Below are positions 1-12,391 of a DNA stretch of 64,000 nucleotides, piece after piece. Origin of the DNA: Octopus sinensis (lineage: Eukaryota). Position numbers and translations under genes: made by a program. Location: positions 14,942,001 to 15,006,000 of the forward strand of contig NC_043003.1 in the NCBI RefSeq assembly GCF_006345805.1, in the 5' to 3' direction. The first letter of the stretch is position 1; each line of letters opens with the position of its first letter. The notes below the pieces were generated by a model. The model was not told the origin of the DNA. It saw only the letters and a list, made by a program, of their open reading frames with translations, and did no database searches.

Positions 1-375
1 CTGTGTGACAAAGGTAAGTGCATCAATACCTCAGATCTTTATTGAACAGTGAGAAAAAGAACCACAACTTATTACTGCTTTGCAAAAGATACAGGGATTC
101 AACCCATGTCCTGAAAAGAGAAATTACTACGTATTCTAGCTGATATGTGGAATGAGATCTCCCACATTTATATTTTTCTGTCTCTCTCTCTCTTTTTTCT
201 CCCTACCTCTTACTTCTACAAACATTTTAACCATGTAATTCACCTCTTCATATCATTAATCATTACTCTCTTTCTCTTCACCTCTCACTTCTACTAACCA
301 TAAGACAGAGTAATGCATTGACTGGCATAACCTCAATACTCAAACTTTATCTGTCCCTCATTCTTAATATAATAG

Positions 376-420
<45 letters not shown>

Positions 421-639
421 CCTCTGTATTTCTTTGATCTCACTACCAGAACATCACTCCTCTGTTAAACATTGTATTTCTAACTCTCTTTCTCTATATC
501 TCTCCCTTCAACTAACTTCTAAAACATGTAATAACTATTACTTTATCCTACCACATGTCATTAACACTTCTCTATCACTCATTGCCTCTCTTTTCAACTA
601 ACTATTTGACAGTGTAATGCATTTGGCTTTAGCGTATTA

Positions 640-700
640 ATATATAGATAATAATTTTATTATTATTTTTAATAATAACAATAATAATAATAATAATAAT

Positions 701-735
<35 letters not shown>

Positions 736-905
736 TAATAATAATAATAATAATAATAATAATCTTTTCTACTATTGGCACAAGGCCCGAAATTTGGGGG
801 AGGGGAAAGTTGATCACATCGACTCCAATACACAACTGGTACCTATTTTATCAACCCTAAAAGGATGAAAGGCAAAGTTGGCCTTGGCAAAACTTGAACT
901 TAGAT
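640..905 (-). mobile_element. SINE family 2 (alternative tail) ending in long (ATT)n
   Basis: GGCACAAGGCCCGAAATTT...GATGAAAGGCAAAGTTG reverse motif preceded by (AAT)n. Confidence 0.75.
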
Positions 906-994
906 CATAAAGACAGACGAAATGCCACTAAGCATTTTGACCCACTATGGTGGCAATTCCACCAGCTTGCTGCCTTAATAATAATAATAATAAC

Positions 995-1036
<42 letters not shown>

Positions 1037-1122
1037 TGATTTTATGTTTGTATTGGCTCATTCGCATTTTTCTTTTGTCCCTATTCTCCTACTTTTCACT
1101 GCAACCACATCAGCTAACAGGT

Positions 1123-1270
1123 ACATTATTTACATTTGACAGATATTTGTCCTCATTTTGTTTGTTAACACAACATTTCGGCTGATATACTTTCCAGTCT
1201 TCTTCGGGTGTCCTGGGGAAATTTTGAACCTGGGTTCTAATTCCTAAGGTAGTTTTCGATGTTATTATTA

Positions 1271-1320
<50 letters not shown>

Positions 1321-1945
1321 TTGTCTTATTTTTTCACATACTTTCACTGCACAGCTGAGCACAGCTCTGTGTGCCTTCGTTATGTGATGTGGTTTGTTGT
1401 GATGCTCTTATTTTTACTGTATTGAAAGTGTTTTACGTAGGATGTGTGTGGTGCCCAATAGTGCAATTTTCTGTATGTTATATATACTTGTAAGTCCTGG
1501 TGTTTTTGTTATGTATTTGTCTGAATATTTTTTATCACACCTAATGTGCCTGCTATGATAGGAATTGTTTGTTTTCAGACTCCACATTTGAGTTACCTTT
1601 GTTTCCAGTTCTTTGTATTTTGAAAGTTTCTCTGTTTCTTTTAGAGAAACATTGTCCTCTGTTGGTATTGATACATCGATTAGAAAGCATGTTTTTTTTC
1701 CTTGATGATCTCTGACAACTATATCTGGCTTATTGGTCTTAATTTCTCTATCTGTGTGTATTGGCATATCCCATAGTATTGTTGCTTTCTCATTTTTTGT
1801 CACTTTTTCTGGTGTGTGCCTATACCATCTTTTTTCTGTTGTTATTCCATAGTGTTATTATTATTCATGTCACTGCCTGGAATCAAACTCAGAATCATGG
1901 GGTTAGTAGCCCACACTTTTAACCACTACGACATATGCCCATTGG
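1123..1945 (-). mobile_element. tRNA-head/(AAT)n/hammerhead-tail composite, copy A, split by an R4 fragment
   Basis: Tail 1123-1262 and head ~1866-1930 match 57865-58108; hammerhead core decayed to CCGAAGA. Confidence 0.8.
1318..1854 (-). mobile_element. 5'-truncated R4/Dong copy nested in the (ATT)n of a tRNA-SINE
   Basis: ORF 1414-1803 (KPDIVVRD...KLSKYKEL...RKTLSIQ) matches the RLE C-terminus of the full-length copy. Confidence 0.9.
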
Positions 1946-2509
1946 CATATGGTGTAGTCTAGACATTCAGATATTCACTAAGTCTATTATGAGAACTGCC
2001 TTGTCACATTACTTTGGCAAAGAAATGTAGCATGTCTTCATCTCCTTGGTGAATATGTCAAAAGAACAGGTCTTCAAGATTTGAGAATAAATATTTTCCT
2101 TTTGGTTAAATTCTCATCAATTTCTTCAAGTACCACTTAAACAGGGAAGTGAAAGTAGAAAGGGTGGTCCTGCTTTCTATGATACTCAACAAAAGGTGGG
2201 TGAAAGTGAAGGCACCATCTAAGTTGAATAGACTTACCATGATTTTACTTTACTAACAGGGAAAGGCAAACAAGAAGATGACAGTTTGGTGCCTTAGAAG
2301 GGGTTGAGTGATCATAGTTTGTGGTTGGGGTTGCTTCCAAATTACTTTTGGTGGTCTTTTTGATCTTTTCTCACTATTGGAAAAGTTCTTTTCTTGTAAT
2401 CCATTATTGTTAAACTTTGTTTTTGAAATATTTCTTTACACTCAATGTATACCTTTTTTTTTTTTTGGTGAATTTTTTGTCCCTTCATCTTCTTGGGATC
2501 ACCAAAATA

Positions 2510-2762
2510 AGTACCAATCAAGTTCTGGGACCAAAGTAATTAACTAACCTCCTACCCCCAAATTTCAAGCCTTGTGCTTATAGTTGAAAGGAAGACAAGG
2601 TCAACTTTGCCTTTAATCCTTTTGAGGTCAATAAATTAAGTACCAGTTGAGTACTGGGGTCAATGTAATCGACAAGTCCCCTCCCACCAAATTTCAGGCC
2701 TTGTGCCTATAGTAGAAAGGATTATTATCATCATCATTATTATTATTATTATTATAATTATA

Positions 2763-2796
<34 letters not shown>

Positions 2797-2992
2797 TATT
2801 ATTATTATTATTATTACTATTATTATTATTATTGAGTGAGAGTAGTGCATGCCATCAAAGTGACACTGGGGTAAAATATACGAAGTCCAGTATACCCATC
2901 ATGACTACCCGTCTTATAAGGGTACACCAGGCACAGAGATGCACAGAGATGTACTACTGTCAGCCACTATTATTATTATTATTATTATTATT

Positions 2993-3027
<35 letters not shown>

Positions 3028-3262
3028 TATTATTGTTACAGCCTCAGAGACAATGCTTAGCAGAATCATTATCATCCCAAGCAAAATGCTTAGCGCTATT
3101 TTGACTGTATTTATGTTTTGAGTTCAAATTCCACTGAGGCCAACTTTGCCCTTCACCCTTATGGGATCGATAAAATAAGTACCAGTTGAGCACTGGGGTC
3201 GATGTAATCAACTTAACCCGTCCCCTGAAATTACAGACCTTGTGCCAAAATTTGAGATCATT
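2510..3262 (+). mobile_element. Cluster of SINE family 2 fragments with (ATT)n/(ATC)n tails
   Basis: Repeated AAGTACCAGT..G..CTGGG..TC and AATTTCA.GCCTTGTGC motifs. Confidence 0.7.
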
Positions 3263-3990
3263 GTTATTGTTGTAGCTGTGGTTGCTGCTGTTGTTGCTTT
3301 TGTTGTTGTTGTTGCTACTGTTGCAGCCGTTGCTGCTGTTGTTGATGATGTTGTTGTTGTTGTTGTTGTTGTTATTTTTGAAGCATCGTTCAGCAAGGGG
3401 TTTAAAAAAAATTATCTGGGAATAAAATATGGTTCCAACATCGAAGCTCATTTAGCAGAAACCATCAAAAATATTCCCAAGATTGTTCTGACATTACTTA
3501 TTGGAGTCCCTCAATTCAAAGTAAGGATGGAATTAACAAGTCTCAATGATTCGGGAAATTCCCTAATTCCCACAGAAATCTTGCGCTGCCCTCCCCACTT
3601 CCCTGGCAGAACCACCACCTAAAAAAAAAAAACTTCACCAAAACCAAAAGTGTTTCAAAATCTTTTCTCACGCTGTCTTGATTTCTTCTGAACAAGAAAA
3701 TCCAGTACAAAAAGAATACTACACGCACAAACACACACACGTGCGCGCACACACACGTGTGCGCACACACACACAAGCACATGTATACACAGACAAGTGC
3801 ATATACACATACATACATACATGCACATTCACACACACACATGCAAGCATATGTGCAGATACATATTCTCAAACACACACACATCACATCATAGGCATGT
3901 ATATAATATATATATATATGTATATATGTATAAACATTTATATATATGTATGTATGTAGCTATATATGAATGTGTTTGCATATGCATATG

Positions 3991-4043
<53 letters not shown>

Positions 4044-4086
4044 ATATATATATATATTATATATATATATATATATTATATATATA

Positions 4087-4117
<31 letters not shown>

Positions 4118-4501
4118 CATATACATATATCTATATATATACATACATACACATTTGTATATACATATACATCATATATATATATTATATATTATATATA
4201 TAATATACACACACACATACATATGCATTTGTGTGTGTGTGCATATATATTTATGAATAAATATATATATATCAGATATTTGTAATACTAAGCATGTGTG
4301 TATGTGTGTATATATTCCATGCTTGGTTTGTCTTTTCCAAGGACCTGAACTCATGTCTCCAAAGTGGTTTTCTTGAAATTCTCAGTTGCCTTTTTTTCAA
4401 TCTACACCAGTGGAAAATCACCACACTCGCACCCACCTTCTCACAATATACACTTATATAGATATATGCATACATACATGTATTTGTATATACATACATA
4501 C

Positions 4502-4567
<66 letters not shown>

Positions 4568-4879
4568 ATATGTGTTGAAGTGAAATAAAGAAGAGAAACA
4601 ACCAGTCAACTAAGACAGGCAACAACAACAACTACAGCAAAACTAAGCAAGGACACAACTTTTCTTTCAATTACTCTATAGACAGTAAAAGATGTAATAT
4701 TTTTGATGATAAATTTAAAGCTCTGCTAGATTCTTGCAGTTTTATCATATATCCTTTCTTTTCTTTCATTTTCCTCCCTTTCTTTCTTTCTTTCTTTCCT
4801 TCTTACTTTCTGTTTTTGTTTTTGTTAGTTTCTCTCACAAGCTCTCTCATATTCTCTCTCTCCTTCTTTCTATCTGTCA

Positions 4880-4941
<62 letters not shown>

Positions 4942-5927
4942 ATATCTATCTATCTATCTATCTATTTATATACCAATTTATCTATCTATCTATCTATCCA
5001 TCTATCCATCTATCTATCTATCTGTCTGCCTGTCTGCATGTCTGTATGTCCAACTATCTTTCTATCTTTTTCACCCCTCTCTCTTTCTCTCTATCACTCT
5101 CTCTGTATCTCTATCACACTCTCTCTCACTCCCTCTCTCTCTCTATATATATATATTTATATATGTATGTATATATGTATGCATGTATGTATGTATGTAT
5201 GTATGTATGTATGTATGTATGTATGTACTATAAATATATACACACACACACAAACATATATATATATGCATTATCTATCTATTTCTGTCCACCTCTATTT
5301 TGTGTGTTTTTTTCTTTTTTTATATCTTTTCTTTTCTGTTTTTCCTTTTTTTCCTTTTCTTCTTTTTCTTTTCATTTTTTTTTTCATTTTTTCTTGTCTT
5401 TTACTAGTGTTCAGACACTGAATCTTTCATCAAATTAGATTCAGAATATTGCATTATTTTGCATCACACCAGAGCCATTACTGTATATCTACCGATTCTG
5501 AATAAACAACAACCAACAACAACAACAACAACAACAGCAACAATGCCAACAACAACAATAACAACAACAACAACTTCAACTGGGATATTTTTCTCTCAGA
5601 AAAACTGCTATGAAAAATGCCAATTTATGCTAGTGAAGGCTATGAATAAATGAACCATGAACCTTGGAGTTGCAATCAGTGAGTGAAGAAACTACTGGGA
5701 GAGGGTGTGGGGGGGAGGGGGGGAGGGGGTAATGTTGAGAGCATTACCTCCCACCACCACCACCACCACCACCACCGCCGCCGCCCCTACCATCGCCAAC
5801 CCACTAAAATAACAGCTTCATAAAACATTGCTTCATAGGAATTCAGGAATTTTCTGTGATTGTGGTACTGAAGTCTTGAAAAATTTCCCATATATGTATA
5901 TCAACGTGTGTGTATGTGCTTGTGCAT

Positions 5928-5969
<42 letters not shown>

Positions 5970-6069
5970 ATATATATATGCATATATATATATATATATT
6001 ATATATTATATATATATATAAATAAATATTATATATATATACTTATATAAACTTATATATATACTTATA

Positions 6070-6155
<86 letters not shown>

Positions 6156-6450
6156 TTATATACATATATATATACAAATATATATATGTTTGTGCATGTA
6201 CGTATGCATGTGTGTGTGTATGTGCGTGTGCATGTGTATGCATGTTTGCGTGTGTGTGTGAGCATGTGCAAGTATGCATACATGTTTAATTTTCATGGAT
6301 GTAGGATTTTATTTTTTATCTTCACGAAAGTATGAATTCTGTAAGTAGATAAAAATCAAAAATTTGTACTGTGACTCACATACACACACACAATATTTAT
6401 GTGTGTGTATTTGTCTATCTATTTATCTATCTATGTATATATATATATTA

Positions 6451-6498
<48 letters not shown>

Positions 6499-6790
6499 GC
6501 ACACATACATATACATAATAGATACAGTAATGGTTGTGTGGGTTAGCAGTTTGCTTCTCAACAATATATTTCCAGGTTCAGTCCCACTGCACTACATTGT
6601 AAGTGTCTTTTTTACAGCCCCAGCATGTGTAAGTCACGAACTCCATTATTCTGGCATCATATTTAGTTCTCGGTACATGATTTCTGAGTTTACAAAATTC
6701 TTAGTTTCAAAAAATTTCCAAATTCTTGAAAATTTTATGTGTATGCCTGTATACATATGTACCTGTTTACAATATACATGTATATGTGTG

Positions 6791-6855
<65 letters not shown>

Positions 6856-6876
6856 GTATGTATGTATGTGTATATA

Positions 6877-6917
<41 letters not shown>

Positions 6918-7066
6918 CAAAAATGGACAAGGATGCAAAACAGACAGTTAGGGGATACAAGAAAGGGACAACAAAACATCCACACAGACGATACAAAGAA
7001 GACAAGGACAGGTCATTCAGAATTTTCCATCCTCAGTCGAGTTCCAGATTATATATACCTATACAT

Positions 7067-7232
7067 AGGCGCAGGAGTGGCTGTGTGGTAAGTAGCTTGC
7101 TAACCAACCACATGGTTCTGGGTTCAGTCCCACTGCGTGGCATCTTGGGCAAGTGTCTTCTGTTATAGCCCCGGGCCAACCAATGCCTTGTGAGTGGATT
7201 TGGTAGACGGAAACTGAAAGAAGCCTGTCGTA

Positions 7233-7283
<51 letters not shown>

Positions 7284-7506
7284 ATGTGTGTGTGTGTTTG
7301 TGTGTCTGTGTTTGTCCTCCTAGCATTGCTTGACAACCGATGCTGGTGTGTTTACGTCCCCGTCACTTAGCGGTTCGGCAAAAGAGACCGATAGAAAAGT
7401 ACTGGCTTACAAAGAGAATAAGACCCGGGGTCGAGTTGCTCGATTAAAGGCGGTGCTCCAGCATGGCCGCAGTCAAATGACTGAAACAAGTAAAAGAGTA
7501 AAGAGT
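7067..7506 (+). mobile_element. SINE family 1 (tRNA-like head, CORE-like CTTGGGCAAGT, internal TA/TG microsatellite, LINE-derived tail), full length
   Basis: AGGCGCAGGAGTGGCTGTGTGG...GGGTTCAGTCCC...CCAGCATGGCCGCAGTCAAATGACTGAAAC; more than 15 homologous segments in the window. Confidence 0.88.
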
Positions 7507-7533
7507 ATATATATATATATATATATATATATA

Positions 7534-7742
7534 CGAAATGAGGCTGAAAAGTTCCTGGCTTTATGGATATCACAAAAGGCCTGGTTGGAGACCCAGCCTT
7601 CCAAGTTCTTTTTCAGGGCTTAGAAAAACTGAAGGATCATAGAAATAAGTGTATGAATCTGAGAAGGGAATATGTTGAATAATTAATTGATCCTTCTTTA
7701 TTTTCTTTTATTCAAAGCCAGGAACTTTTCAGCACCCCACTG
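7534..7742. mobile_element. Mariner-type MITE
   Basis: IR GCTGAAAAGTTCCTGGCTTT ... AAAGCCAGGAACTTTTCAGC after TA; related end at ~55526 (TACGAGGGGGTGCTGAAAAGTTCC). Confidence 0.75.
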
Positions 7743-8099
7743 ACAGGTGTGTGTGTGTGTATAGAATAATATCCCTTACAGAGCAGAAAAATCTGTCAGC
7801 AACCAGCCATGAGAATCAAACTCACATCCCTTTGATTTCCAGCCAAGTGCTCTACCTGCTTTACTGACAAATTCTTTATAAGTTCTTCTGCAAATTAGAA
7901 CTTATAAAGCCGGCTGGTTGCTGACAGATTTTTCTGCTCAGTAAAGGCTATTATCCCATACATATTGTCATATACTGTATATTTTACACATTGAAAAAAT
8001 ATACCTTTCTACTTGTACTATTATACATTTCAGCGCTTCAAAAACAAACTTAAATTTGTTTACAAATGACGAAATTTATATTACATCTAGCATTTCTGG

Positions 8100-8310
8100 A
8101 TGGCTTTATAAGTTTTAAATTGCAGAAAAATTTGTCAGTAAAGCAGTTTAGCTTAATGGTAGAGCACCTGACCAGAAATCAAAGGGATGTGAGTTCGATT
8201 CTCATGGCTGGTTGCTGACAGATTTTTCTGGTCTGTAAGGGATGTTATCCTTTATATATACTGTTATATCAGTATTTTATGCATTGAAAAAACATACCTT
8301 TCTACTTGTA
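8100..8310 (+). mobile_element. tRNA-like cassette bracketed by 16-bp inverted repeats (family also at 7765-7915 on - and 46950-47080 on +)
   Basis: CAGAAAAATTTGTCAG - TAGCTTAATGG...GAGTTCGATTC - CTGACAGATTTTTCTG. Confidence 0.65.
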
Positions 8311-8897
8311 TATATAGTAAGAGGTGGGATATAAATATCCAGGCAGATAATGTAACATTTTATGTAAAGTGGCCAGTTTCTTCCGATGGTCTGTTTTTAA
8401 GGTATTTCATGAAAACTGCCGTCCAATGTTACGGTTTATTTCTTGGCTACTTAGAGTGTAAAATCACAATACTGATAATAAAGAAAATGCAGAATATGAA
8501 CATTCAGATTTTAAACTGCAAGGATTCATACATAATTTGTACAATTTCTTCAGGGTGAATACATATGTCTTTGTTCAAGGAGTAATTCTCCCTGTTATTA
8601 GTTTAAATCAGACTTGGTGGTGGTAATAGTAAATCATGTTGTTCTATGATGAGTTGCTATTCAGAACTGATTGTTTGTACAAAAATCTGGTTGCACCAGC
8701 AGCAGTCTTTGTTGATATTGACAAATTGTACTGGATCATTTTGGAGTGGTTATTTATAGAACACTTTTCCTTTGAATTATTCTACATTGTTTAAAGTCAT
8801 ATGATGTTTTAAATAGATTTCAGAGTTGGTTGTTCTATTTAAATTGTGATGTGGTTAATAAAATAGTTAATTGTAAATTTCATAATTTATTTTTCTT

Positions 8898-9082
8898 TTT
8901 AGATGTGTAGTAAGAACAGATACAAATAAGTATTACTATATAGGAAATAGCTCATGCTTTATAAAACAAAGAATCACAAATCATGAAAGTTTGTTTAGAA
9001 ATAATTATAGGAAATTTTCAACAAGTCTTAGTAAACTTATATGGTTGCTGAAAGATGAAAATATTAAATATTCCTTAAAACC
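8898..9082 (+). pseudogene. Penelope-like GIY-YIG endonuclease fragment
   Basis: In-frame FRCVVRTDTNKYYYIGNSSCFIKQRITNHESLFRNNYRKFSTSLSKLIWLLKDENIKYSLK: YIG...R...H.S.FRN...T.LS..IW.LK pattern of PLE endonucleases. Confidence 0.7.
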
Positions 9083-9161
9083 TAGCAAAAATTCTGAATG
9101 TTCATATTCTTCATTTTCCTTATTATCAGTGTATATATGCATACTGATAATGATGAATATT

Positions 9162-9205
<44 letters not shown>

Positions 9206-10221
9206 GTGTCTATGTTTTCGTCTCTCTATGTGTTCGACGTCCATTTGGTGTCCTGTACACATATATGCGTGTATATGTACATGTAGAGGTACGTACGTAC
9301 ATATATGTTTATATATATGCATATGTTTTATTTCATTTATTAATATATTATATGACTAAACGCACGCACCCTCTTAAGTAAGATTGTTCTGTATATCAAG
9401 TTTTTGTCTTGATATTAACTCTCACGCACTCTTCACCTTTCTGTCCCAACCCTATTCTTTGATTTTCTTTTTCCCCCCACTTAACTCGTCTCTTCCTCTC
9501 TCTCTCTCATTCTTCACTCTCCCTCTCCCCCTCACCATTCTTCATGGTCTCCTCGCAGCTATTCCTCTTCTTCTCTCCCTTCCTCTTGCTCCTCCTCCCC
9601 CCTTCCCGTCGTCCACCCGCGACGATACTACCGCCCTGACTGTCTTTTTGGCCTGGCCTTCAAGGTAACTGGACGACATTCTTCCTGCTCTCCTGTCGTT
9701 CACAAAAAATTCTGCGTTTGCAATACTTTTTTCGTTCGGCGCCAACAGCCCTTCTTATCTTGTTTTCCCTGTCCTGTCTTTTACTGTTATATTTTTTTAC
9801 TGTTTATATTTTTGTACTGTCGTTACTGTCCTGTTTTTTAACCATTTTTTACCCCTCTGCGAAAAGATCTCAGAATTTTAATTGATTTGCTTTTCACAGG
9901 AAGGAAAGTTTCTTGTCGAAGATACGTCTCGCTTTTATCCTTCGAAACGTAGAGTAGATGAAACCTTAGCGACTGAAGAAGGAGTTTTTTCGTTGTGTTA
10001 ATTGTCCTGTACTCCATTTTTTGTTGTTTTTAAAAAAAATGTCCAGTTCCTTTGGTTTGTGTCTATGTTTTCGTTTCTCTTTGTGTTCGACGTCCCTTTG
10101 GTGTCCTGTACTCATATATGCGTGTATATGTACATGTAGAGGTAGGTACGTACATATATGTTTATATATATGCATAAATTTTATTTTATTTATCAATATA
10201 TATATATATATATATATATAT

Positions 10222-10397
10222 AGGTGCAGGAGTGGCTGTGTGGTAAATAGCTTGCTTACCTACCACATGGTTCTGGGTTCAGTCCCACTGTGTGGTACGT
10301 TGGGCAAGTGTTTTCTACTATAGCCTCGGCCCAACCAAAGCCTTGTGAGTGGATTTGGTCGACAGAAACTGAAAGAAGCCCATTGCATATATGTATT

Positions 10398-10432
<35 letters not shown>

Positions 10433-10642
10433 ATGTTTGTGTGTCTGTTTGTCCCCCTAGCATTGCTTGACAACCGATGCTGGTGTGTTTATGTCCCCAT
10501 CACTTAGCGGTTCAGCAAAGGAGACCGATAGAATAAGTGCTAGGCTTATATAGAATAAGTCCTGGGGTCGATTTGCTCGACTAAGGGCAGTGCTCCAGCA
10601 TGGCTGCAGTCAAATACTGAAACAATAAAAAAAAAAAAGAGT
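10222..10642 (+). mobile_element. SINE family 1, full length
   Basis: Collinear with 7067-7506. Confidence 0.88.
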
Positions 10643-10794
10643 ATATATATATATATACCCCCGCCCCTTGGACAGGAGGCCAGTCTGTTGCAGGGTCACT
10701 ATTTTTTGCCAGCCAAGCAGACTAGAGCAACAAGAAATAAAGTGTTTTGCTCAAGGACACAATGCATTGTTTCTTCTGTGAACTGAAATCCTGT

Positions 10795-11148
10795 TACGTT
10801 GTGAGTTCAAATTCCGCCAAGGTCGACTTTGCCTTTCATCCTTTCGGGGTCGATAAATTAAGTACCAGTTACGCACTGGGTTTGATGTAATCGATTTAAT
10901 CCCTTTGTCTGTCCTTGTTTGTCCCCTCTGTGTTTATCCCCTGTGGGTAGTAAAGAAGTAGGTATTTCGTCTGCCAATACGTTCTGAGTTCAAATTCTGC
11001 TGAGGTTGACTTTGCCTTTCATCCTTTCGGAGTCAATTAAATAAGTACCAGTCACATACTGGGGTCAATGAGATAGACTTAATCCCTTTGTCTGTCCTTC
11101 CTTGTCTCCTCTATGTTTAGCTTCCTGAGGGCAATAAAGAAATAAATA
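10795..11148 (+). mobile_element. Two tandem 5'-truncated SINE family 2 copies
   Basis: GAGTTCAAATTC...GACTTTGCCTTTCATCCTTTCGGGGTCGAT occurs twice (resembles the Meta/MESC SINE domain). Confidence 0.8.
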
Positions 11149-11280
11149 TCTATATGTGTGTGTGTGTGTGTGTGTGTGCGATTTCATTTTTGTTCATCCA
11201 CCCCTGTTGTTTGTTTACATTTCTGTAATATAGTTCTAGCAGTTCAGAAAAACAAACCAATCGATCTGTACCAGGCTTAA

Positions 11281-12391
11281 CCCTTTTGTTACTATATTTA
11301 TTTTGAGATGCTCTGTGTTTCTTTCAATTAATTTTAAATATAACAAAGAATTCAGTAAAATAACTTAGTTATCATTAAGCTAGTGTTAGGAACATAAATT
11401 GTGACTAAGGTTCGATGGAAGATTTTAATTCAGAACTTATGAAAACAAGACATTTGTACTCAGAGCCAGAGGTGATTTCAGCCAGGTTGGTATCAAAAGG
11501 GTTAAGAATTGTTTCTATATTATATATATTAACCCTTTTGTTACCATATTTCAGTTGAGATGTTCTGTGTTTCTTTCAATTAATTTTAAATATAACAAAG
11601 AATTTAGTAAAATAACTTTGTTATCATTAAGTTAGTGTTAGGAACATAAATTGTAACTAATGTTTGGTGGAAGATTTTAATTCTAAACTTATGAAAACAA
11701 GACATTTGTACTACAGAACCAGAGGCGGTTTCAGCCGGGTTGGTATTGTAAAGGTTAAGAATTGTTTTCCTTTTATATATTTTAATCTTATTGTTACCAT
11801 ATTTCTATTGAGATTCTTTGTGTTTCTTTAAATTGATTTTAAATATAACAAAGAATTTAGTAAAATAACTTAGTTATCATTAAACTGGTGTTAGAAGCAT
11901 AAATTGTGACTGAGGTTTGGTGGAAGATTTTAATTCAGAAATCGGAATCGAAATTGAACCAATCCTATGACTGGCACCCGGCAGATGCCAGGACCCCTGG
12001 ACTGGAGATACGTAAAAAGCACTATCTGAATCGTGGCCGATGCCAGCGCCGCCTCGACTGGCTTCCGTGCCGGTGGCACGTAAAATGCACCAATCCGACC
12101 GTGGCCGATGCCAACCTCGCCTGGCACCAGTGCAGGTGGCACGTAAAAAGCACTCACTACACTCACGGAGTGGTTGGCGTTAGGAAGGGCATCCAGCTGT
12201 AGAAACATTGACAGATAAGATTGGAGCCTGGTGCAGCCTTCTGGCTTCCCAAATCCCCAGTCAAACCGTCCAACCCATGCTAGCATGGAGAACAGACGTT
12301 AAACGATGATGATAATGATGAACTTTTGAAAACAAGACATATTCTTACTATAGAGCCAGAGGTGGTTTCAGCTGGGTCGGTGTCGAAAGAG
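11281..12391. mobile_element. Three tandem piggyBac-like MITEs (~221 bp each); third split by a SINE
   Basis: TTAA|CCCTTT ... AAAGGG|TTAA units at 11281-11501, 11533-11754 and 11786-12391. Confidence 0.8.
11941..12320 (+). mobile_element. SINE family 3 (RTE-related, Ceph-domain-like) inserted in a MITE
   Basis: GGTTGGCGTTAGGAAGGGCATCCAGC and tail CCGTCCAACCCATGCTAGCATGG...ACGTTAAAC(GAT)n; MITE sequence resumes on both sides. Confidence 0.78.

Noticed and set aside
1-160. Possible Penelope endonuclease C-terminus (EPQLITALQKIQGFN)
   Set aside because: Similarity too short and interrupted by stops to support a call.
5699-5790. G-run G-quadruplex candidate
   Set aside because: Simple-repeat context with no linked promoter or gene evidence.
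3543-7005. Many overlapping YI/CV/TH-rich ORFs here and across the window
   Set aside because: They are translations of (TA)n, (TG)n, (CA)n and (ATGT)n microsatellites, open in several frames on both strands.
8143-8212. tRNA gene calls for A/B-box segments (also 15740, 58040 and SINE heads)
   Set aside because: Cloverleaves are imperfect and embedded in multi-copy repeats; these are SINE-like heads.
9925-9995. GAAACGTA and CTGAAGA as a hammerhead
   Set aside because: I could not form stems I-III consistently in either order.
11960-12170. Repeat-spacer look suggesting a CRISPR array
   Set aside because: Eukaryotic SINE interior; the spacers are homologous to each other and no cas genes are present.
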